Source of the DNA: Spongospora subterranea f. sp. subterranea
Taxonomy: Eukaryota
Direction: 5' to 3'
Assembly: GCA_049724395.1 (NCBI GenBank)
Contig: JAUGWO010000045.1
Location: 1-64,000, forward strand
Length of the DNA stretch: 64,000 nt
Shown piece after piece: positions 36,183-48,645 of this stretch; positions within the stretch are counted from its first letter, which is position 1, and each line of letters starts with the position of its first letter. A program made the translations under genes and the position numbers. Below the pieces are notes generated by a model. That model saw only the letters and a list, made by a program, of their open reading frames with translations. It was not told the DNA's origin and made no database searches.

Positions 36183-37729
36183 TCATATGTCATGTCCTTT
36201 CGCCCAGGCTAGATCCCCATACTTTTTGGTAACGGTTAACTCTCTCTTTTTAACCAAGGTTTTGACCTCTTCTTCCATTTTACGAACCGGGATTATGAGA
36301 TACTTGGCATCCTCGTAAAATTGCACTAAAAACATCTCTTCGACGACAAACCCGTATGCGGTTTCAATAATATACTTGTAGAGGTTCAGCTGAAGAGCAT
36401 ATTTATAGTGCTGCGTATCAGGAAGGTGTTTGAGACCTTCTTCAAGGCAATATCTGTAAACAAAACATAAAAACCTTCTCATACCCATAATCGTAAACCA
36501 AATACTTCTCAAAACAACAAGCATTAGGGGACAGATCCTTTGATGATCTCTTCCAATCGTAGATAATGACCGAATTTGAACTGCTCCCGCTTCTGATCAG
36601 ATCAACAGTTCCGGCCAAAAGCAGCGACGGATGTACTAGTTTCCGTTCTGGGGAAACTTTCGGAAATGGACCAGCCTGTTCGTGAAAAGTGACAAATTGT
36701 TCTAGCTCTTTGTCGCCCACTTGATCGAAGTCGTCCAAACGTTGGCCTCGAAAGACAGCTTCAATATACCGGTGTAATAATGTCCCCTATAACATAATTA
36801 ACGGTAGTTTTCGAGAGTGTTAGTTCGATACGAGGCGACTAAGCTTCGGCACCGGAACTTGACCATTGCGCCTTGATAGATTCGGGATCCATACCATAGT
36901 ATTCTGCGAAACCAATATTGATATTTTCGAACAACACGGGAAGATATATCCATACTGTGGTTGGGGTTTTGTTGCCAACGATCATAATACCTACTGTATT
37001 AAGAATCTCATGGGCGTCAAATCTATCTGGGCGATGAGACCTAGCATCATGACCGAAACCGTACTGTACTGTGGAAATAACGTCGATATATAGGACGTGA
37101 CAGAAATGCATGGTAATCCATCATAAAGGTAAGAGTGAGTTTCTTTGTTGAACCTCAGGCCGCCATCAACAGTATCAATTGGTAAAGCACCAGGGACTGA
37201 ACTGTATACGCGCGATATGTTACGCAATGTCTACCCAGATCACATCAAATTAAAACAGGTAACGATAAGGGGGCGCGTTATCCGTTACACGAATACTGTA
37301 CCTGTTTTACCGTTACAGGAGTACCAGGTCCGGTAACTGGCACCTTTTTCTCATCCTCGTCTGGGAAACACTCCAGTGTGTCTTCCTCAGCCTCATCTTC
37401 GTCTGAGAACTCCACTGTGTAGACTGCCCCTTTACGATCCGCTGGCTTGATGAGCTCTTTCCGTTCTGGTGCCTCGCTAACTACTGGTTCAGCGTCTTTA
37501 TCTTGCACTTTGATAGAAATACTGGAGACTGGTTCTTCATTTCGAGACTCAGCAGTAAGCGCCACCTTGTTGGTGAAGGCAATGATCAAATCTGCTATGT
37601 CGTTTGTGAGATCCAACATGGAATTTGCAGAATCTATCGAAGAGGCTTCTGCTTCCTGTGCGATAAGCTTAGCTCTGTCTGAAACTGATCTGAGGCCTGA
37701 CGCATGCCACTAGCGTCGGATCGATGCAT
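36183..37729 (-). pseudogene. PD-(D/E)XK nuclease copy B; catalytic motifs intact but several frameshifts (pseudogene or assembly errors)
   Basis: LRFNKETHSYLYDG..SVTSYIS, GTLLH, LAGTVDL, IIYDWKR, HLPDTQHYKYALQLNLYKY. Frame breaks near 36840 (+1), ~36993 (about 5 extra nt) and ~37690. Confidence 0.65.
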
Positions 37730-37989
37730 CTCGTACGTTTGAATATTGCTATCTTCAAAGTCGCACCTATGGAATACGGCGAAACCCGCGTATGTCAGTT
37801 CGCCACAAATACTCCTATGTTGTCCAAGTTCACACTGTTTCGACAATAGAACCCAACTCGAACCAATGGCTCCGTGGGTTTCAATGTGAATTCTCAGCCA
37901 CAAATTTCGTCGCGTCTGCTCTTCCAGCGAATATTTGTATCGATTAATGTGGTTGCAAAATTGCTGTACTGATTTAGTTGGTACCAACC

Positions 37990-38920
37990 CAATACCAACC
38001 CAGACACTTTTTCTAGATAAATGCAAAGTACCAACACTCTACCAAGCCAAACATGCTGTTAATGAAATCTCATTTGAATGTCGATCGAAGAAACGCAGGC
38101 GTCTTCTTGTTGATAAAACATTGTCATTTTCCATTATGTTGAATTGTGTGACAAGTATTCTTGCATCGTATAGTTCAAAAATCGTTGGTCAATTCGATTG
38201 TATCGACGTCCAATGCAGTTCTGGTATGGTGATACTGCTGCATTATTTGAAAGGCGTACGATCATCGTTTCTGCAGCTGTATCCAACACCCATAACTGCG
38301 TCATTAGCGATGGACGTCGACACAGTTTTCCCATCAACAGCGAAATACGGAACGGAACGTTCCGGTTAATGACTGCACAATACCCTGACGCCATCGTGAT
38401 ATTGGCATTTGGACAGCGGGTGTCTGTCAGAAATCCTTCTATCGTATCTGAAATGCAGGAATGACACGTTTTAAAGCAATAGTTGCTTCTGAAAAGGCGT
38501 CATTATGATGATGTGGGCGTCGTCCGGTTGCATGCTCGTGCTGACAATTTCACATCTAGGCGCTTTTCGTATGCCGCTAGCATTCCAATCGATGATATCG
38601 CTTGCTTCCCAGTCAAAACCATTTTGATATGAGAAGCGACCCAGATTGCTGTAGGCAGGATGAACCGAGCTTATTGATGGCCGCGTTGCAGTGCCGACCT
38701 GGAGACTCTTTGGACAAACCTCAGGGGCGGTGAGGACAACTTGGTATAAGTGCTGTTGGGCGATAACGCCTGCTCGGGTTTGGTTTGTTGTGCGAATGAA
38801 CACCAGTATCCAGAGTGGATCGATTTCAATGTCGCTGTGGACACGATATGACGGACCGTTTCTCCATGAGTTGGGCAGATCGTAATAGAAGGGACGGGAT
38901 GCGTCGTCTTTCTCATCTCA
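37990..38920 (-). mobile_element. Degenerate DNA-transposase relic, resembling fungal Mutator-like transposases
   Basis: Broken frames contain PKSLQVGTATRPSISSVHPAYSNLGRFSY, IIIMTPFQKQLL..ISDTIEGF, ITMASGYCAVINRNVPFRISLLMGK and RLSNNAAV. Recognised from memory of such proteins. No TIRs located. Confidence 0.45.
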
Positions 38921-39199
38921 TCTGCTTAGCAAAGCGAACGCGCGTTATATAGAAAGTGATGTCATCGCGACGCGGAAGCTAGTTGAAAATGCTTATCAGC
39001 GAGTATTGCGAAGCTGAGCATTTTTGTTCCTGATTGAAAGAGCACATTAAAGTACATCATTCCTTGTCAAATGAGCCGTAATGCATTTGATCCTCTCACC
39101 GGGAGCAGTTTAGACATTTTTTCGCCTTACCCGCCGTCGCTCTAGATTTCCAACATACAAAAAATGACTGATCTCATTGAAAATTAAGTAAAGGAATTT

Positions 39200-40348
39200 T
39201 TAATTATTAGCATTTAGATGAATTATATCCCCATAAGTAGCGGCAACGAACGATTTTCTCTTTTCAACGATGACGTTGACTTCTTCATCCAATTCATCAA
39301 TTGGGGTCACAATATAATCGGCATCATCGCAGAATTGTACCAAATTCATCTCTTCAACTTTGATTCGGTATGTGTTTTCAAGCATATACTTGTAGAGGTT
39401 CAGCTGAAGAGTGTATTTCGTGAAGCTTGTATCAGGAAGGTGTTCTAGACCTGGAGCTAGGCAATATCTGTGGGCAAAGCCTCAAACCGAAATCGCATAC
39501 TAATTACCGCAAACAGCGAACAACTAACTTTCCAAAGAATTGCGCATCAGACGACAGAATCTTTGAAGACCTTTTCCAATCATAGATCGTGACCGAATTG
39601 GGAGAGCTCCCGTTTGCAATCAGATCAACAGTTCCGGCCATGAGCAGCGACGGATGTACAAGTTTCCTTTCTGGGGTAACTTTAGAGAATGGACCAAATC
39701 TATCGTGGAACTTGAGAAACTGTTGTACAACGTCGTCGCCAACAAGACCGGCCTTATCGAAGCTTTTGCCTCGAAAGAAAGCTTCGATAAATCCGTGTAA
39801 TAATGTCCCCTGTAAGTTGTCAAACAGCAGTTCTACAAAAGATAGTAAACTCTATACGAGTCGGATAGCTTTGGCACCAGAACTTGACCACAACGCCTTG
39901 ATAGCTTCGGGATCCAGACCATAGTATTCTGCGGAACCGATATTGAGACAGCATTAGCACACGGAAATAATCATACATACTGCTGTTTGGATCTTGTTGC
40001 CAACGATCATAATACGCTTCGATGATCGCATTAGCGTCAAACCTGTCGATGCGATGAGAAAAAAAGGGAGGAAACAAATCTCTGTACCTGGGAAAAAGAG
40101 ATGATATATAGGAGGTGATAGAAACGCAGGGATATCCCGAATATTTGTAAGCGTGTTTCCTCTCATTAAACACCAGGCGGCCATCTAGCATGGTGGATGG
40201 TACTGCGTCAGGGACTGACCCGTATATGCTCGATATGTAACGCCTTGCCTATTGAGTTCAAGTTAGACCGGGTAACGCTAACTGGTCACATCGTCCGTTA
40301 CACCTTGAGGAACTTCGACAGTGTAGCAATCGACCTTATCGTCTGCAT
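39200..40348 (-). CDS. PD-(D/E)XK nuclease copy C, apparently intact, 6 exons, N-terminus resembling a mitochondrial presequence
   Basis: ATG 40348 follows an in-frame TGA; 55-nt intron 40249-40303. Spliced MQTIRSIATLSKFLK|ARRYISS...LVFNERKHAYKY..SITSYIS..FPR|FDA...S|KYYGLD...RL|GTLLH...PERKLVHPSLLMAGTVDL...IYDWKRS...HLPDTSFTKYTLQLNLYKYMLE. Confidence 0.8.
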
Positions 40349-40849
40349 TGCTACAGGTCACGCGATACCTAGCCTGATGGCTACCGTAAAACAAAATAAA
40401 ATAACCCTTCTGTGACAAGATTTGGTCCGGTTGCAATCCGTAGCCTGATGTCAGGGCCAGCTTCGTGACGAAAGGGTAGAGGAAACTCCGGCTGTATACA
40501 CGCTATTTTCTGCCTCCGACGACGTTGTTATCAAGAAGAAACCCAAGATCGTTTGTGTTTTTAACGGTCACCGAAACAGTTTATTTTGACTCATGCAATC
40601 ACTTCAACCATAGCTATCTTAAACCGTGTAGTTTTGTTGCCCCTTAAGCCAATTTGCATGCCTTGTCAAATCTACAAAAGACCAGACAGACCTCTGCTTC
40701 GATGCCCGTCACTCCTTTTGTCGATTTGACATCTGTAACCCTGACTTACAATGGGGTCCAAAGCTAAAACTCCTCCGGCAAAGGTTGGCGATGAAGATTA
40801 TTGTAAAATGACTACTCAACCAGTTTTCAACGTCAAAGCTAAACACATC

Positions 40850-41130
40850 GGGCAGGGTCATATGAAGTTCGCCAGTGCCGACCTTCAGATCTAGGTCATA
40901 TGTGTCGAGAATGTAAGCTTCCATTATTGAAATTGGGAGAAATACTGGTGGAGAGACGCGGCGGCCGAGTCCAAATGCGCTACCACAATCAGTGCTTCAG
41001 CGGGGCAGCCGATCCTCGAACACAGGATGCTGCGAAACGTGGAAAATGGTATAATCGCTTGAAAAATACAATGGCGCCTGCTGATCGATATTGCAAAATG
41101 AGAGCAACGTCACATTGGGCTGATAAATAG
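40850..41130 (+). CDS. Small hypothetical zinc-finger protein (CxxC...HxxC); 5' exon(s) uncertain
   Basis: CRECK...RYHNQCFSGAADPRTQ gives a PARP-type zinc-finger-like ligand spacing. Confidence 0.45.
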
Positions 41131-41220
41131 TGACTTGCAGGGCTGAAAATTGGCAAATCCGGTTATAAGCAAGCAATGCCTTAACTGAAACCCGAGAAAA
41201 ACATAAAATATAACATGGTT

Positions 41221-44075
41221 TTAGAGACGCGACATTAACGAAAAGGGTCGCTGATTAGATGAGGGCACCTCTGCCCGAATTTCAATTATAGAATTGGCAA
41301 TCTCAATCAATAAAGGGCTTGGCGTCCTGTCAGTTCTTGGCATATAATCCCCAGATAGAGTCAACAATTTTGATTGTTTCGATTTAGAACCCTGATTCCA
41401 GTAAGAAAACATCTCTGATCAATTTCGAAGCAAAATATACCGTTATAACAGGCTGCACTTTAATAATTCCTTTAAACTCGAACCATTTCAAGGCGTGGCG
41501 AATGCTGTCGGTCGAAATACTTTCGTAAAAGGCCATCTCCCCTGCAAATATGAATCAGATATTGAAACTACACGACAGCTGATTTGCCTTTGAAGTAGCT
41601 TGACTCTGCCCTAGAACTTATCATGGATACCAAGACATCTTCATGAATAATATCACATGGCTTCAGGGCAAGAAACGTTGTGCAGCACGCCCAATATGTG
41701 TCAATCAACGGCCATATGAGCATGCAAAGGAAAGAGATGTATCGGACCCCTTTCCTGCCATTGATATAAATTGCTCCACCTGCATCTGTCCCCAGTTGTC
41801 CCCTTAATATAAAATATTCAAACGTGGGGTAAATTCATTTGCCTGAAACTACCTTGCCGTCATCTGATTGATAATTTCGCCAAAGTTATCCTCGATATTG
41901 AAAGAGGGCTTGTAAATGAATTCTGCCTTCAAAAGCCTGCTGACAGTTTGCACCTTTTCTAAGACATCTTGTGAAGCTACTCCCGCTTTCGATTTTCCAT
42001 CAATCTACAGGGCCGTCAACCTGCTGACTAGCGAACAAACGCATATTCTCACCAAATAGAAAAGTTTTCTGTATACCGCAACAAGTGCAACCGCTACGAT
42101 TGCATCGCTTGCCCACCAATGAATGGCAGCGTTGCGATATATACCAAGTTCTAGGGATTCTGCATGCCAGTAGCCGCAAATTACGTCGTTTTTGCTTGTC
42201 ACAAGGCGTCCAAGCATACGAACTGCGCCATCAACAACAATTGGTAGCGGCTGGGCTTCTATTACGAACGAAAGAGGTGCTTTCCTCTGTTTCAGATCTG
42301 CAATGAGAGCAGCGACCCGATCAATGATAGCAACTCTGGTGATACCTCGAGTCCGACTAGTTAAAAGAACAGCTGCCACCAATGAAGATGCCTGAACATA
42401 GACACGGTTTTGATTTGATGCATCCACTGCAACGGCGCTGTACATACAGTTACGAAAGTTACACGATTCGCCTCGTAGAGAATCATATGCGAAAGAGAAG
42501 ATAGTAACCGAGACCTTTCTGTTTGTTCATTAGCGTGATATTTCGCCTGTCGAATATATGTTTGAAGGGAGATAAACGAACTGCTAACAGTTATCTAAAC
42601 ATAATTAGCGGGATTGATAAAGTATAATCGAAATAATACATCGATCGATCCGAGATTCATTTGAAGAACTGACGCGGCAGCATGAACAAATCCCTTTAAC
42701 GATTCTTTCTTTTTTTCAGACCCCAACATCTCTTGCACGAAGCTATTCCCTTCAACCTGTAAATGATGAAAGCTGGAAATAAAAACCTGTTTCTGACAAT
42801 CTTCACCATTCTGTCGTATGCCACACCGACAGGGACCAAGGTAACGTCTGGGATGACGCCTTCTAAAACAAGCTTTGTGATTACCTAGATTAACTCAATC
42901 AACTCCGAACTATACACATTCAAAACACGTACGTCTAAGAATCCCGACTTGGGCTGAATGGACTTGCCGCTGCGACTTCTTCCTCCCTCGACAAAGCATT
43001 CTAGTAAAGAACCAGCCTATCAAATATCTTCAGTGATTTGAAAAAGCAAACAATAGTAAGAGTACGTACTGTTAGAATTTGGGATATATACTCTATGAAA
43101 ACAGCCCAATATATGGCATCTGCACCAAAACTTCGTCGGATAAAAACTGCCCCAGCCTTCTTTAATAGTCGACCAATTATGGGAAAATTCCTAAATCGCG
43201 TCAAATTTCCAAACAAAAGAAGGTTAGTCAAGTAATTACAAATTATCGCCAGCAATAACAAACGGGACAGGAAGGTCGTTCGCTATTGTTGCAAAATGTA
43301 TCGCCATCTATCCAAAACCCTTCAGTAACCAGTCGAGACAAATTTGCAACAAAGTTATGTACATAATCCATATGGGATCGATGTATCGGTAATAATATAA
43401 CTGGACCATTCTCTAGCGCTTTTTTGATCTGAAGGATTGTTCAAATAGCACAGAAAGCATTGAAAACTTAATCAAACCTGTTCAACACCGTCTCGGTTTA
43501 TATTGATGCCGCCCCGATAGACATTTCCTGACAAATTACTATTAAATGTCATCTTCTCAACAATGAATATACTCACTACAAAATGGTCGGGCTGCCAAAC
43601 CAAGCGGATACTACATGATCAGAGTCACATTGTTCACTCTAACGAAAGACATATCACAACATACGATAAGTGACGGTTTCACTGCGGCCACCATTTCGTC
43701 CAATATCGAATTGGCATAAGATACTGACTGCCTGAGTGAGTGTTAAATGACGATCAACAACGAAAACGGATAAATTTTTGACGTTTTGCTCATCCGGTTA
43801 TTGGCACGGCCCTGATTCAATGCTTCTTTCACACGGTTAGATTTCATAATACGATCTCGTAATTCCGCTGGTGAAATTTTGATTGGTGTATGCGCATGCA
43901 GGTTGCTGACCTGACAATGACAACTAAATTATCAGGTGAGCCCAGTTAGTGGGGAACAAAGCCGAACCCATTTCAAATCGTCCCCTATCGCTCCGCAGCA
44001 GTGCTGACCGGAGGCTGCTCGGGAGACATCGATGTAGTTGCTGGAAGCGACATCGTTGTTTTTAACAGAGCTCAT
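41221..44075 (-). CDS. GNPAT: Dihydroxyacetone-phosphate (glycerone-phosphate) acyltransferase, peroxisomal, many exons
   Basis: LLPIHRSHMDY (HxxxxD), AGAVFIRRSF, FVEGGRSRSGK, LVPVGVAYDR; C-terminus -SRL* (PTS1). Confidence 0.85.
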
Positions 44076-44701
44076 CCTCGGTAGCGCGTTCCCAAACGAA
44101 CAATGATTTACAGATTAACAAACCATGTCCAGCCCATTCAAGTGTAACATGGAGGCTGCCCCGCATCACCACTGCTTCAGGCAGCCCATCAGACTGTAAC
44201 GCCAACTGAGGGTAACGTTAGATGAGTGAGCACCTTCTGATGGTTTTGTGGCCAGAAATGACACACTGATCACACAGCAACTGTTCTGGTTATTCGCAGA
44301 CCAAACAAACCCGATACAAACCGGAGTATGGAACACCAACAGTCCAGTAAACGCGAAATGGGATCATTTCATTAATGTCCTGGGTATCTGGCAATCAAAG
44401 GATAATTCTATCAGCCGATACAAAATACGAGCATAATGCTTGGTATTCTCATTCTTCAAACTACACTAGTTCGTGGTATGTTTTTCGTTCCATTTTGGTA
44501 GGTTGGTCACTTTACAGAACAGTGAGAGATCATTGTCTTTTTAACAATGTGATTGATGTCGTCTGCAGCACGTAATTATCTACTTTCATTTACCTGCAAT
44601 ATCACTGCTTCGCTTGGTAATCCCTTCTGCCGATTCACGTTATTACTCTGATCAATTCCGCTTGGACAGGGATTGCGAATAAATGGATATGTATTGTCAG
44701 G

Positions 44702-47700
44702 TCACGATGGTGGTGTCGGTTTATAAATGGCCTCCAATCGTGGGTCCACCCTTAATTGCAGGTCCAATGCCCTGTCGAATCGTTCGGTCAGAATCAACAC
44801 TACCGAGTCACATATTCCAATTCATACCGGAACTTCTTCATGGCCATCTTCTCATGACGATGCAATCGTGCATCGAGAATATGGATACGGAACATGGTCG
44901 CCTCATAGAAAGCGTTGAATTCCTCGTCGTCCTTATCAATATGGGCACTCTGTGTCCGTTGATAAGCGGCTTCCCGCTTTTTCAGCTTCTCGTGTTCGTC
45001 GTTGAGCCGTCGTTGAATGATGTTGCCGCGCTTCAATAGCCGATCTGTAAGCGAGGCCATACATTCATCACGTGCTTGTTCCGCCTGTTCACGAGACAAC
45101 GGTTTCCCGGCCGGAAATTGTGCCAAGAAGGGGGCTAGATAATCTGAGGCCTTATTGTTTTCAACGTCTTCGTCCTCGACCCCACCCTTTTGCTCTTTCG
45201 ATTTTGTTCGCGTTTTCTCGTCGACTGTTCGATCCAGGGCCGCTTCTTCCAACTCGGTCCTTAATTGGTTCAACAATTCGTTCAGTTCCGACTCTCGTGA
45301 CCTCACAATCGACATCAACTCCTAATCAGCGTCGTTAAACCACCAGATTAGACTGTTGATGATGATGACAATCACCTTCTCGGCTTGCACCAAAACATTG
45401 AACTCCTCTCTAATAGCGGCGGGTCGAGGCGTGTTGGCATTTGCCTCCACGTGCCAGCCAACGACTTCACTGCCATCTTTACTGTATATCCTAGAGGATG
45501 CCGTCACCCTTCCTGTAGTCACTTACTGAGTGTTCATTATCATCTCAAAAGTTGAACGGAGTGGTTTCTTGATGTTTTTTGCAAACTGTGTATTGTGAAC
45601 AGAATATTTTGGCGTACTTACCAGCTCCATAATGATAATGGATAGCAATCTTTCCTTGATCGATGTAGCTTGTCTTCTTCCTGATGTTCTGGTCGGGCGG
45701 AACAGACAAGTTTCTGAAATAGAAGCAGAAGTTAGCTGAATCCATTGTTCGGTCGCGGCTCTCACCTCGAAAAACGCTCCGACAACTTGACAACCGGCAA
45801 CTCGTTCGAACCTCCAGGGTTCAGACTAAACCCTTTCAAACGCTTCGTTTTTGAGTCGCTTTCCTCCACCACGATTTTGCGATAGATGAGATTGTTATCG
45901 CATCCGCGGAACTCCTCGACGAACTAATCGTTGGAGATAAGATTCAAATTGCGGCTTCGAAGTGGAGATTTCAGCGAAACCATGCCTTTTTGTTGATTGT
46001 TTCCGTTCGACAAACCAATCCGTCAACTCGTGATTTTGGGTAAAACCTCAATATCCTTGATGTTCCTGAGACTTCTATCATATCTTGAATGCCAGATGGT
46101 TTCCCTGGAGCATATCGCAATTTAACGCATTCTAAAAGAAATCACGTTCAATTCCCATAATGCTGTGCTACAAAAAAAGTTACGAACTCTGATCTGGAAT
46201 CGTGACGCGTTTGATTAGACTGTCTTTGCGGCGTTCAAATAATTCTCGAGTTTCCGAAATAGTCTGTCTAGAATCGTCTTCGAATAATGTCAGACGCAAG
46301 ACAAGGCCCTGTTTCCCATGGGAATTATGGGAAAACTTCTCAGCGTTGCATTTGTGGTAGAAAATGGTGCGTTGCCCTTCAGGATATAGAGACTTCATGG
46401 CATCGTATTGGATATCGATCCGTGTTGGCCAACTTGCTGGCCCCAAGAGAATCGGCTTGGGTTCATCGCTTGCTCCCAGTACTCCCCCCTTCTGTTCTAC
46501 TTTGCCCACCTAATACAGCACCCAGACCATAACTATTTCTCCCTAATCCAATGATTGACGTGTTTCAAATGACACTAGGTTTTGAAAACATTTCATAACG
46601 TCAAAAGAGCAATTTCGTAGTTCCGTTGGTGTTGGTTGTTCTGGAAATTGTACCTTCTCTTTCATGAGCACCACTTCCCATGCGTCTAAATTATCAAGCT
46701 CGTAACTCATTGACCGTAAATCCTTCGCTTTCCTACAGATTGATCCAATAGTTGGTCTCGTTCCAGACGCTATCGATGGTTAGATAGGGCGCCTCGGATT
46801 GCTGATATATGGTCCCGGTACTGGGTTCGATGAACTGCACTGGACGATTGACTTCTCGACGCCCAGGCAGAACCATAACCCAGCAATGAACCCGTTTCCC
46901 TTCCCATGGGTCTTTGTATTTGAATGAGGTTGTTGCCTGTTTCGCGGCCTCTGATAAATGGGCCGCCTCCGCCGCCTCCTTATCAGCTAGCATTTGCAGA
47001 TACTTCGATCTGTGGTCGCGATCACGATGAACATCGTACCGTTTCCCAGCGTTGGATTCGTTCGGATTAGCGTTGGAAATAGGCGCCAATAGCTCATTTG
47101 GTTCCAGATCATCTCTCCAGGCTGTCGATTCCAACAAAGGACAGCTGGTTGACGTCTGGTCTTGAAGAGTGACCCACATTGGGGCAGTCCCTGAGACAAC
47201 GAACGCCCTGAACCCTGACCCGCGTAGGATCGAGACTAATAGACACGACATATCCAGGCAATCGCCTTCCCTCATCTTGATGGTCGTCATTGGCGACGGC
47301 AGAAAATCCGGCAGAAAGGTCGGGTTCTCCAACGGGATGTAATGAACGAAATCGGACAGAAACTCGCTCGCCTGTTTCAAATCATACATTCGAGGATATT
47401 TCAGTAATGTCGGACGAATGGTCGTGCAGACAAATTTTCGGACGCCGCACTCGTTCAAGGGAGAGAGAATAAGCTCCCGTCGACCTGGAAATAGCTGAAC
47501 GAACTGTCGACGGTAGTGTTCGACGTATTCTAGTTGGGCAATCTCTCGTGACGAGTTAATGCAGTACGATTTGGGGAAATCGGACGCATCGAGCGTCTCC
47601 AATCGTTTCTGTTTTTGGGTGCTGAGCGCCTTTTGTGATTGAGGGATTCTGGAGCGATACTGTTAGAACAGAATAGAGAATATACACCATGCGCCTGACA

Positions 47701-47806
47701 TAATAGGTTTGGGAACAGGAACTCCTTCACCATAATTCACTATAGACGATGATGAAGCGCCTTTACCGGACGCATCGAATGATGGGTCGATGTCGAAAAC
47801 GTTCAT
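44702..47806 (-). CDS. DRC7: Dynein regulatory complex subunit 7 (CCDC135), multi-exon
   Basis: FPKSY..NSSRE...FVQLFPGRRELILSPLNECGVRKFVCTTIRPT, GDCLDMSCLLVSIL, RVHCWVMVLPGRRE, FIEPSTG, SVWNETNYWIN, DYLAPFL, FRIHILDARL; last exon ends LRVDPRL...*. Confidence 0.93.
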
Positions 47807-48645
47807 GGTGTTGACCAAGCACCCTTATAGTGGCAAAGATCATTAGGTACACCGAATTGGAGTCATATTTCTAACGCGAGGAACCACATTCGGATGCGAA
47901 GCCTGGGTGAGGATTCGTTGCCAGAGAAGGGAGCACACTTGGGTGTCCGTCAGAACAAGAAGATTCATCGGGTGCTGTTCTTGGCCTTGCGAGCTTCGCA
48001 TCCGAATGTGATTGCTCGCGTTAAGTCGCCCTCGCACCTGTCAATCCTCGATTGGGGGTTGACTTGCCTTCCTGTATTGCCAGTGGAACACGGTATTTGG
48101 GCATTTTCCGTCAAGCACTGCTTCGGTACTCTCGATCACACTCGGGCCGCCCTCAGCATTTGTGCGTTTTTCTTTTCAACTGTCTCCGCGATAGCATGTT
48201 GGAAAGGTCGATCAGTGCCAGAAAATTCCTGCTTTATGCCATATTCCCGAAGCTCATTGGCTACCCTATTAAAACGTATTACTCTCTCCGCCCTGATATG
48301 ATCAGTTTTGCTCTGTCATTCTGATTGGTAAAAATATCCCAGGGTACTGTAGTCAAAAGATGCAGCTGTATACGACAATGGTTTCTACACCCTTGGATAT
48401 GTTGTGAACACTAATATATTTGATGACAATGATTCTCAGGTTTACCTGGCTATCATTCGATTTCCGATATCGCTAATTTTATCGTAGTTCCTTCGATTGA
48501 GTTGAATACTGACGATATTAGGGGATACAGTACTATAAAGAAAGTCCGTCCACGGAGTCCGTCACCTGGTATCGTCAGGGCAGATTTGCACTAGAGGAGC
48601 GTGTGAAGGTCGGTCGATACATCTTCCCTCGAAACCCATCTAGCC

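Noticed and set aside
34272..40348. CRISPR-Cas system suggested by the Cas4-like nucleases
   Set aside because: No repeat-spacer array, no cas1/cas2, no obvious four-Cys Fe-S motif, and the genes have spliceosomal introns.
44150..44690. Possible small spliced gene between GNPAT and DRC7
   Set aside because: Splice-like signals are present but no convincing reading frame or homology.
47880..48500. ORFs between DRC7 and RPL26
   Set aside because: No recognisable product; overlapping frames give no preferred model.
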